25,166 nucleotides of DNA from Erysipelotrichaceae bacterium (GTDB lineage: Bacteria; Bacillota_I; Bacilli_A; Erysipelotrichales; Erysipelotrichaceae): positions 1-25,166 of the forward strand of contig JAVXTN010000001.1 of the NCBI GenBank assembly GCA_036642635.1, read 5' to 3'. Positions 9,269-16,713 of this stretch are shown here, piece after piece. The position numbers and the translations under genes are program-made. Every line of letters starts with the position of its first letter. Position 1 is the first letter of the stretch. The notes under the pieces are model-generated. The model ran no database searches. It was not told the origin of the DNA and saw only the letters and a list, made by a program, of their open reading frames with translations.

Positions 9269-10156
9269 ATGGTAACTGCTCAAGATGTAAAAGCACTAAG
9301 AGAAAAAACTGGTGCAGGAATGATGGATTGTAAAAAAGCGTTAACTGAAGTAGATGGTGATATTGAAAAAGCTATCGACTGGTTACGTGAAAAAGGTATG
9401 GCAAAAGTTGGTAAGAAAGCTGACAGAATCGCAGCTGAAGGATTAACAAGAGTAGCTACTGATGGAAACACTGGTATTATCTTTGAAGTTAATTCAGAAA
9501 CAGACTTTGTAGCTAAGAATGAATTATTCTTAGGATTATTAGATACTATAAAAGATGTATTATTGAAGAATAAACCAGCTGATCTTGAAGCTGCCTTAGC
9601 ATTAGATGTTAATGGACAAACTTTAAGTGACGTTGTAGTTGAAGCAGCAGCTAAAATTGGTGAAAAAGTAACTCTTCGTCGTATTGCTGTTTTAGAAAAA
9701 ACAGATGCAGATGCTTTTGGTAGCTATATTCATATGGGAGGAACTATTTCAGCTCTAACTATATTAAAAGGATCTACTGATGCAGCTGTTGCAAAAGATA
9801 TGGCAATGCAAATTGCTTCAATGAGTCCAGTTTATATAAATATGGAAGATGTACCTACAGCTGAAATGGACCGTGAAAAAGCAGTTCAAAATGAAATCAT
9901 GGCACAAGATCCAGCTATGTCTAAAAAAACTCAAAATGTACTAGATGGTATTATTGCAGGTAGATTATCTAAACACTTTCAAGACCAATGTTTATTAGAA
10001 CAAGTATTCTTTAAAGATGGTAAGTTAAAGATTGCTCAAGTACTAAAACAAGCAAATGCTACTATTGATACTTTTATTCGTTTCCAAGTAGGAGAAGGTA
10101 TTGAAAAGAAGGAAGAAAACTTTGCTGAAGAAGTAATGAGTCAAATTAAAAAATAA
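9269..10156 (+). CDS. tsf: Elongation factor Ts
   Basis: [46 protein letters not shown]; TAGGAGGA RBS. Confidence 0.99.
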   Translation: MVTAQDVKALREKTGAGMMDCKKALTEVDGDIEKAIDWLREKGMAKVGKKADRIAAEGLTRVATDGNTGIIFEVNSETDFVAKNELFLGLLDTIKDVLLKNKPADLEAALALDVNGQTLSDVVVEAAAKIGEKVTLRRIAVLEKTDADAFGSYIHMGGTISALTILKGSTDAAVAKDMAMQIASMSPVYINMEDVPTAEMDREKAVQNEIMAQDPAMSKKTQNVLDGIIAGRLSKHFQDQCLLEQVFFKDGKLKIAQVLKQANATIDTFIRFQVGEGIEKKEENFAEEVMSQIKK

Positions 10157-10160
10157 AATG

Positions 10161-10184
10161 AAGGGCACTTTGTGTCCTTTTTTT
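10161..10184 (+). terminator. Intrinsic terminator after tsf
   Basis: AAGGGCAC-TTT-GTGTCCTT (one G-U pair) followed by a T-run to 10184. Confidence 0.8.
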
Positions 10185-10214
10185 AAAGAAAAACAAGATG
10201 AAGGAGATACATTT

Positions 10215-10922
10215 ATGTATAAAAGAGTATTGTTAAAACTAAGCGGTGAAGCATTATCATCACCAGGTAATTCATTTGATCCAAATATTTTAGCTAATTT
10301 AGCTAAAGAACTTAAAGAAGTTCACGAGCTAGGAGTAGATTTAGCAATTGTAGTTGGTGGAGGTAACTTTATCCGTGGTAAAATGGCTGAAACAATGGGA
10401 ATTGAACGTGTTCAAGCCGATTATATGGGAATGTTAGCAACAGTAATTAATGCTTTAGCAGTACAAAGTGCTTTAGAACAAGAAGGAGTACCAACAAGAG
10501 TACAAACAGCTATTGAAATGCAAAAAGTAGCTGAACCTTTTATAGTAAGAAAAGCATTACGTCATTTAGAAAAGAAAAGAATAGTAATATTTGGAGCAGG
10601 AACAGGTAATCCTTATTTCTCTACAGATACAACAGCTGCTTTACGTGCAAGTGAAATTAAAGCAGATGTAATTCTAATGGCTAAAAATGGAGTTGATGGA
10701 GTTTATAACTGTGATCCTAAAAACAATCCAGATGCTAAAAGATATGACCACCTTACATACATGGATTTAATTCAACAAAATTTACAAGTTATGGATACAA
10801 CTGCAACTTCAATGTGTATGGATAATGATGTAGATCTAGTGGTGTTTAATATGAATGAAAAAGGTAATATTCTTAAAGCTGTTCAAGGTGATATTAATGG
10901 AACAGTAATTACTAAAAAATAA
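10215..10922 (+). CDS. pyrH: Uridylate kinase (start corrected from the track's 10158)
   Basis: [45 protein letters not shown]; AAGGAG RBS at 10201-10206 supports ATG 10215, and the 10158 start would read through the tsf terminator. Confidence 0.97.
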   Translation: MYKRVLLKLSGEALSSPGNSFDPNILANLAKELKEVHELGVDLAIVVGGGNFIRGKMAETMGIERVQADYMGMLATVINALAVQSALEQEGVPTRVQTAIEMQKVAEPFIVRKALRHLEKKRIVIFGAGTGNPYFSTDTTAALRASEIKADVILMAKNGVDGVYNCDPKNNPDAKRYDHLTYMDLIQQNLQVMDTTATSMCMDNDVDLVVFNMNEKGNILKAVQGDINGTVITKK

Positions 10923-10924
10923 AC

Positions 10925-10953
10925 TTATCAAACGTGCTAATTCATGGTAAAAT
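10925..10953 (+). promoter_or_regulatory. Candidate internal sigma-A promoter for frr
   Basis: TTATCA 10925-10930, 17-bp spacer, TG-G-TAAAAT (TAAAAT at 10948-10953). Confidence 0.55.
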
Positions 10954-10982
10954 ATTAAGTAGATATGAAAGAAGGTACACAA

Positions 10983-11526
10983 ATGAGTGAAATTTTAGAT
11001 AACACAAAAAGTAAGATGGATAAAGCAATTGAAGCATTAGGAGTAAATTTAACTACAATAAGAACAGGAAGAGCTAATCCTAGTATTCTAGATCAAGTCT
11101 CTTTTGAATTATGGTAGTATGACACCTATTAATCAAGTTGCAAGTATTCAAGTTGTAGAAGGTAGACAACTATTGATAAAAGCCTTTGACAAGTCTATAT
11201 TAAAAGATATTGAAAGAGCTGTATCAATGTCAGATACTGGATTAGTTCCTCAGAATGATGGCGATGTAATAAGAATTATGATTCCATCATTAACTGAAGA
11301 CAGAAGAAAAGAATTAAGTAAGGTTGCTCATAAATACGGAGAAGATAGTAAAATTGTCATCAGAAACATTAGACGAGATGCTAATGATCTAGTAAAGAAA
11401 AGTAAAGAACTTACTGAAGATATGAAAAAGAATGAACAAGAAAAGATTCAAAAGCTAACTGATGAATTTATTAAAAAGATTGATGCAGTAGCAGCAGACA
11501 AAATGAAAGATATAATGTCTGTATAA
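10983..11526 (+). CDS. frr: Ribosome recycling factor, interrupted as written by a frame shift at about 11103-11111
   Basis: ATG 10983 (GAAGGT RBS) reads MSEILDNTKSKMDKAIEALGVNLTTIRTGRANPSILDQVSFELW* (TAG 11115-11117). The remainder (YGSMTPINQVASI...VIRNIRRDAN...KDIMSV) is in the +1 frame, i.e. track ORF 11104-11526. Confidence 0.95.
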
Positions 11527-11533
11527 GTATATT

Positions 11534-11561
11534 AACCCACAATATTTGTGGGTTTTGCTTT
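11534..11561 (+). terminator. Terminator-like hairpin between frr and uppS
   Basis: AACCCACAA-TAT-TTGTGGGTT (11534-11554) followed by TTGCTTT. Confidence 0.65.
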
Positions 11562-11572
11562 AGGAGGATAAA

Positions 11573-12277
11573 ATGGAAAAAGAACTTATGCCTAAACATA
11601 TAGCAATAATAATGGACGGAAATGGAAGATGGGCCCAACAACGTGGACTTATTAGAACTGCTGGACATAAAGAAGGTGCAGCTAATATAAAAAGAATAGC
11701 TATTGAAGCCAATAAAATTGGAATTAAAGTTATGACAGTTTATGCTTTTTCTACTGAAAATTGGAAAAGACCATTTAATGAAGTTGATTATTTATGTAAA
11801 GCACCAAGAATCTTCTTTACAAGTTACATGAAAGATTTACAAAAAAACAATATTAGAGTAATGTATATAGGTGAGTTAGACCGTTTCCCTGAAGATACAA
11901 GAAATGTAATAAATAGAGCATGTGAAGAAACAAAAACAAATACAGGATTAATCCTTTGCTTAGCATCTAATTATGGCTCAAGAAGAGAAATAGTGCTAGG
12001 AATTCAAAAGTATACTGATGAAGTAGTAACAAATAAACGTGCAAATGATTTAGAAGAAAACGAATTTGATAACTATCTAATGACATCTCAATTCCCAGCA
12101 GTAGATTTAATGATAAGAACAAGTGGGGAATTGAGATTGTCAAACTTCTTATTGTGGCAATTATCCTACAGTGAATTAATGTTTGTAGAAGAAGCTTGGC
12201 CTGACTTTAATGAAGAAGTATTACATCGATGTATCGATGAATATGAAAAAAGAAATCGTCGATTTGGAGGTATATAA
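11573..12277 (+). CDS. uppS: Undecaprenyl diphosphate synthase
   Basis: PKHIAIIMDGNGRWA, GHKEG, YAFSTENWKRP, DLMIRTSGELRLSNFLLWQ, RRFGG. Confidence 0.98.
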   Translation: MEKELMPKHIAIIMDGNGRWAQQRGLIRTAGHKEGAANIKRIAIEANKIGIKVMTVYAFSTENWKRPFNEVDYLCKAPRIFFTSYMKDLQKNNIRVMYIGELDRFPEDTRNVINRACEETKTNTGLILCLASNYGSRREIVLGIQKYTDEVVTNKRANDLEENEFDNYLMTSQFPAVDLMIRTSGELRLSNFLLWQLSYSELMFVEEAWPDFNEEVLHRCIDEYEKRNRRFGGI

Positions 12278-13047
12278 TGAAAACAAGAATTATAACAGGA
12301 TTAGCAATATTAGCAGTTATAATACCATCACTATTATTAGGTGGTATTTTAATTGATTTATTAATAGCAATAATAGTAGGTGGTTGTGGCTATGAATATC
12401 TAAAATTAAGTGATAATAAACAACATCCACTAATTATGATAGCCACTATTATTGCTTCATTTGCTATAATCTATTTACCTATAGAATATGTTCTAATAAC
12501 TATTGGCTTAGCTATATTAATCTTGTTTGCTATACCCGTATTTGATGAACAATTTACAAGTAAAGATGCTTTTGTTTATGTATCATTTATTATATTTATT
12601 TATTGTATTGCAGCATCTTTTAAAGTGATATATAAAGCTAATCCAATGTTTATATGGATGATTATTATTGCTACTTATGCTTGTGATACTGGTGCTTATT
12701 TTACTGGATATTTCTTTGGTAAACATAAACTTAATGAAAGAGTATCACCAAAAAAAACAATAGAAGGAAGTATTGGAGGCTTTATTATAGGTGCCATTGC
12801 ATCTTTTGCCTTTGCTCACTTCTGTATAAGTGGATTCTCTACTACAGCATTAGCAATTGCATGTATTATAATGCCAATCACTGGTCAAATCGGAGATTTA
12901 GCCTTTTCAGCAATGAAAAGAAACTTTGAAATTAAAGATTTCTCTAATATATTTCCAGGACATGGAGGAATGTTAGATCGACTAGATTCATTAATTTATA
13001 ATTTTATTATATTTGCATTTATATATAATGTAGTGATAATGCTATGA
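12277..13047 (+). CDS. cdsA: Phosphatidate cytidylyltransferase
   Basis: Multi-TM; DTGAYFTG, SPKKTIEG, GDLAFSAMKR, PGHGGMLDRLDS. Confidence 0.96.
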   Translation: MKTRIITGLAILAVIIPSLLLGGILIDLLIAIIVGGCGYEYLKLSDNKQHPLIMIATIIASFAIIYLPIEYVLITIGLAILILFAIPVFDEQFTSKDAFVYVSFIIFIYCIAASFKVIYKANPMFIWMIIIATYACDTGAYFTGYFFGKHKLNERVSPKKTIEGSIGGFIIGAIASFAFAHFCISGFSTTALAIACIIMPITGQIGDLAFSAMKRNFEIKDFSNIFPGHGGMLDRLDSLIYNFIIFAFIYNVVIML

Positions 13048-14198
13048 AAGAGATAGTACTATTAGGAGCTAGTGGCTCTATAGGAATCCAAACTATTGAT
13101 GTAGTAAAAGCACATACAGATTTGTTTCATATAGCAGCCATAAGTGTTGGTAATAATATAGAAATGCTAAGGAATATATTAAAAGAAATTGACGTTAAAA
13201 TAGTATGTGTAGCTAAAAAAGAAGATATGGATACATTACAAAAAGAATATAAAGATATTGAGTTTGTATGTGGAGAGTCTGGACTAATGTATATAACAAG
13301 TCTAGAAAGATATGATACACTAGTTAATGCATTAGTAGGCTTTGTAGGCCTTAAGCCAACGCTTAATGCAATAAGCAACAATAAAGATATTGCGTTGGCT
13401 AATAAAGAAACATTAGTAGTTGGAGGAAGTTTAGTTAAAGCAGCTATAAAAGAACATAAAGTAAATTTATATCCAATAGATTCTGAACACTCAGCTATAT
13501 TTCAATGTTTAAGAGGTAATGATAGTAAGGAAGTAGATAAGCTTATCATTACTGCTAGTGGAGGAAGCTTTAGAAATCTAGAACGAAACCAATTAGAAAA
13601 TGTAACATTAGAACAAGCATTAAACCATCCTAATTGGTCAATGGGAGCTAAAATAACAATAGATAGTGCTACTATGATGAATAAAGGTTTAGAAATAATA
13701 GAAGCCCATTATCTATTTGATAAAGACTATGAAGATATAGAAGTACTAATACATCAAGAAAGTGTTGTACATTCAATGGTACAATATAAAGATACTAGTA
13801 TTATTGCTCAATTAGGAACAGCTGATATGAGATTACCAATTCAGTATGCATTAAATTATCCAAATAGAATTGAATTAAAAGGTGGTCAAAAGTTAGATTT
13901 AGCAGAACTAGGATTATTGCATTTTAAAAAGATGGATTTTATAAGGTATCCACTAGGTAAAGTTGCAATAGAGTGTGGTAAAGCTGAAGGAAATGCATTA
14001 TCTATAATGAATGCTGCAAATGAATGTGCAGTTAACTTATTTATTAATAATAAGATTTCATTTTTAGATATAGAATTATACATTATAGATGCATTAAAAC
14101 ATATAGAATATAAAAAGAATGTTACATTAGATGATATTATAGCAGCTGATCAAGCAGCTAGAATCTATGTATTAAATAGATTGAAGGGAGATAGCTAA
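13044..14198 (+). CDS. dxr: 1-deoxy-D-xylulose-5-phosphate reductoisomerase
   Basis: LGASGSIG, LANKE, PIDSEHSAIFQ, TASGGSFR, HPNWSMGAKITIDSATMMNKGLE; ATGA overlap with cdsA. Confidence 0.98.
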   Translation: MKEIVLLGASGSIGIQTIDVVKAHTDLFHIAAISVGNNIEMLRNILKEIDVKIVCVAKKEDMDTLQKEYKDIEFVCGESGLMYITSLERYDTLVNALVGFVGLKPTLNAISNNKDIALANKETLVVGGSLVKAAIKEHKVNLYPIDSEHSAIFQCLRGNDSKEVDKLIITASGGSFRNLERNQLENVTLEQALNHPNWSMGAKITIDSATMMNKGLEIIEAHYLFDKDYEDIEVLIHQESVVHSMVQYKDTSIIAQLGTADMRLPIQYALNYPNRIELKGGQKLDLAELGLLHFKKMDFIRYPLGKVAIECGKAEGNALSIMNAANECAVNLFINNKISFLDIELYIIDALKHIEYKKNVTLDDIIAADQAARIYVLNRLKGDS

Positions 14199-15262
14199 TG
14201 GATTTATTATATAAATCACTTTATTTTATAGTAGTTTTAACAGTTATTGTTATTGTACATGAGCTAGGACATTTAATAGCAGCGAAGAAATTCAATGTTT
14301 ATTGTGGTGAATTCTCAATTGGATTCGGTCCAGCACTATTTAAGAAAAAATTCAAAGAGACTACTCTTGCTATTAGAGCATTACCGATTGGTGGTTATGT
14401 TCAAATGGCTGGTGAAGAAGATGCTAATGGTGAATTGTATGATTCAATTCCTCCTGAACGTTGTGTGAATGGAATTGAACCGTGGAAACAAGTCATTATT
14501 ATGGGTGCTGGTATCTTTATGAATATAGTTTTAGCTCTTGTTATATTTACTGGAATAAATTTATATAACGGAGTTATTAACCTACCTGTTGAAGAAGCTA
14601 TAGTAGGTGAAGTAGTAGCAGATTCACCTGCTAGTAAAGCAAATTTTAAAGCTGACGATAAAATTGTATCCATTACTTATGGTGATGGAACAAAGCATCC
14701 TATAGTTAATTATCAAGATTTAGTAGAAGCTACTACGGCTGATATGGGAGAATCAATTTATGAGGTTGAACGTAATGGACAACTTATTAGTTTAAAATTA
14801 ACTCCAGTAAAAAATCCTGATACTGGACAAATACAAGCTGGAGTAATTATTAAAGCTAATACTAAAGAAATCACTATGATTGAATCAGTTAAGTATGCGT
14901 TTTTAGATTGTATTAATAGTGTTAAAATGATTACTGAAGCATTATTAAATTTATTTAGAGGAGTCGGTTTAGAAAATTTATCTGGACCTATTGGTATCTT
15001 TAAAGTAACTTCTCAATTTTCATCTCAAGGTATTATGGCTTTCTTTAGTTTGATTGCTATGTTATCATTAAATCTAGGAGTATTTAATGCTTTACCAATT
15101 CCTATATTAGATGGTGGAAGAATCCTAATTGTTATTATTGAAAAGATAAGAGGGAAGAAACTTTCAGAAAAGTTTATTACAATTGTAATGAATATAGGTG
15201 TATTTGCAATATTAGCTTTAATGGTTTTTGTAACATGGCAAGATATAGTTAAACTATTCTAA
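14198..15262 (+). CDS. rseP: RIP metalloprotease RseP (M50) with a PDZ-like domain
   Basis: HELGH zinc motif, FSIGFGP, ALPIGGYV, NALPIPILDGG. Confidence 0.96.
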   Translation: MDLLYKSLYFIVVLTVIVIVHELGHLIAAKKFNVYCGEFSIGFGPALFKKKFKETTLAIRALPIGGYVQMAGEEDANGELYDSIPPERCVNGIEPWKQVIIMGAGIFMNIVLALVIFTGINLYNGVINLPVEEAIVGEVVADSPASKANFKADDKIVSITYGDGTKHPIVNYQDLVEATTADMGESIYEVERNGQLISLKLTPVKNPDTGQIQAGVIIKANTKEITMIESVKYAFLDCINSVKMITEALLNLFRGVGLENLSGPIGIFKVTSQFSSQGIMAFFSLIAMLSLNLGVFNALPIPILDGGRILIVIIEKIRGKKLSEKFITIVMNIGVFAILALMVFVTWQDIVKLF

Positions 15263-15273
15263 GGAGATTTAAT

Positions 15274-15678
15274 ATGAAAATAAATAGTCGTGATGAATTA
15301 AATGAGATACTAAAGAAACAGTCAAAAAAGAATGTTGAAATGTATGCTTTAGCTACTTATAAGGGTGCTACTAAAGCAGTGTATTTTCCTGAATTTCCAG
15401 CTAATGGTAAAGCAACAAAGGATTACTTTGAAGCAGAATGTCATTTAAATAAAATAGAGTTTAAGGATCAAAGTGATGATGCATTAAAAGCATATGTAAT
15501 GGATAACTTTATTGAAGATTTCCAAGCCGAAGGTTTAGACTATGTTAAATCTATGATAAGAGGTAATTTCATATGTGAAATAACTTCTTATCTAACTCAA
15601 CCTTTCTTACCTAGAGTTATTGATAATTTAGAATTTATCGATGAGAAGACATGCGTAGATTTCTTATTTGAGAAATAA
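15274..15678 (+). CDS. Hypothetical protein, 134 aa (weak HicB-like motif)
   Basis: AAGGAG RBS overlapping the rseP stop; codon style like its neighbours; no family recognised with certainty. Confidence 0.8.
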   Translation: MKINSRDELNEILKKQSKKNVEMYALATYKGATKAVYFPEFPANGKATKDYFEAECHLNKIEFKDQSDDALKAYVMDNFIEDFQAEGLDYVKSMIRGNFICEITSYLTQPFLPRVIDNLEFIDEKTCVDFLFEK

Positions 15679-15718
15679 AACATTATTTTTAATGGTGTTT
15701 AGATTAATTTATATGATT

Positions 15719-15750
15719 AAGTGTTAGTTTAATTAAACTAACACTTTTTT
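15719..15750 (+). terminator. 28-bp perfect palindrome plus T-run; probable + strand terminator (palindrome copy 1)
   Basis: AAGTGTTAGTTTAATTAAACTAACACTT (15719-15746), with T's continuing to 15750. Confidence 0.6.
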
Positions 15751-15755
15751 ATAAT

Positions 15756-15781
15756 AAAAAAACAAGCCACAGAGCCTGTTT
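15756..15781 (-). terminator. Intrinsic terminator of the minus-strand hemolysin-III gene
   Basis: Minus strand reads AAACAGGC-TCTGTG-GCTTGTTT then a T-run; the G-U pair works only in this orientation. Confidence 0.7.
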
Positions 15782-15792
15782 GTTTTCTACTA

Positions 15793-15822
15793 TTTTTGTT
15801 AGTTTAATTAAACTAACAAAAA
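15793..15822. repeat. 30-bp perfect palindrome (copy 2 of the 22-bp core TGTTAGTTTAATTAAACTAACA)
   Basis: TTTTTGTTAGTTTAATTAAACTAACAAAAA; core 15797-15818 is identical to 15722-15743. Confidence 0.95.
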
Positions 15823-15879
15823 ACCTTCTTAAAGCCTTTATTTAGGCCGTTTTTAGGCTTTTTATTTATTCTCCGATGT

Positions 15880-16530
15880 TTAAATGAAGAAAACGACAGC
15901 TATTAAATGAGCAATGCTTGCAGCATTAATAAAGAAATGCCAAATAACATGCATGTACTTAACGCCTTTTTTTGCGTAAAAATAAGCACCAATTGAATAA
16001 AGAATGCCACCTAATACTATGAAAGATAAGAAGATAGGAGAGGCAGTAGCCAATAATTTAGGAATGAACAACACAGCAGTCCAACCCATAACTAAATATA
16101 TCGCTAAAGAAATTTTAGGAGTGCTTTTTTTGCTAAGACATTTATAAAGGACACCAAAGATAACCATAGACCACTGAATTACAAGAATGGCCATACCTTC
16201 CCAACCTTTAATAAGATAAACAGCAATAGGCGTATAAGTACCCGCAATCGCAAAATATATAAAAGAATGATCAAGTATTCTGAAAATATATTTATGACTA
16301 GTACCAAAAGGCATAGAATGATATAAAGTAGAAACTAAGAACATAAAGAATATACAAATAACATATACACTAGTAGAAATTGATAAAGCTAAGCCACCAT
16401 TAATATAAGAATAGACAGCAATAGCAGGTAAAAGCATTAAAACAACTAAAGCCATTATACCATGAGTCAAAGCATTAGCTAATTCCTCTTTAAAACTAAG
16501 TTGGACTAAATCCTTCATTGATTTTTCCAT
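15880..16530 (-). CDS. Hemolysin III / PAQR-family membrane protein, 216 aa (start corrected from 16713)
   Basis: EELANALTHG, STLYHS, DHSFIYFAIAGTYTP, GGILYSIGAYFY, HVIWHFF; RBS AGAGGTG precedes ATG (MEKSMKDL) at 16530. Confidence 0.93.
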   Translation of the reverse strand: MEKSMKDLVQLSFKEELANALTHGIMALVVLMLLPAIAVYSYINGGLALSISTSVYVICIFFMFLVSTLYHSMPFGTSHKYIFRILDHSFIYFAIAGTYTPIAVYLIKGWEGMAILVIQWSMVIFGVLYKCLSKKSTPKISLAIYLVMGWTAVLFIPKLLATASPIFLSFIVLGGILYSIGAYFYAKKGVKYMHVIWHFFINAASIAHLIAVVFFI

Positions 16531-16544
16531 AACGACACCTCTTT

Positions 16545-16585
16545 TTACAATAACTATTGTAACACAAATATAAGTATATTGATAA
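16545..16585 (-). promoter_or_regulatory. Candidate promoter of the hemolysin-III gene with overlapping 18-bp inverted repeat
   Basis: Minus strand TTATCA (16585-16580), 18-bp spacer, TG-T-TACAAT (TACAAT at 16561-16556); TTACAATA-AC-TATTGTAA at 16545-16562. Confidence 0.55.
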
Positions 16586-16647
16586 AGAAATATTATAGGG
16601 GACATATAACTAAATTTCGAAAAGATATATTTAAATAGTGCGAAATA

Positions 16648-16708
16648 TGATATAATAATGACAGTAAATAAATCTTTAAAAGACAAATACACAATGATAC
16701 TAGGAGGA
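16648..16708 (+). promoter_or_regulatory. Extended -10 promoter and RBS of smc
   Basis: TG-A-TATAAT at 16648-16656, no clear -35; TAGGAGGA at 16701-16708. Confidence 0.6.
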
Positions 16709-16713
16709 TACAC

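Noticed and set aside
10158-10214. 19-aa N-terminal extension of PyrH
   Set aside because: Spans the tsf terminator; a strong RBS supports ATG 10215.
15719-15822. CRISPR mini-array
   Set aside because: Only two units, fully self-complementary without a loop, a 53-bp interval that is a terminator, and no cas genes in the window.
16531-16713. 61-aa N-terminal extension of the hemolysin-III protein
   Set aside because: Covers the divergent promoter region; RBS and family length support the start at 16530.
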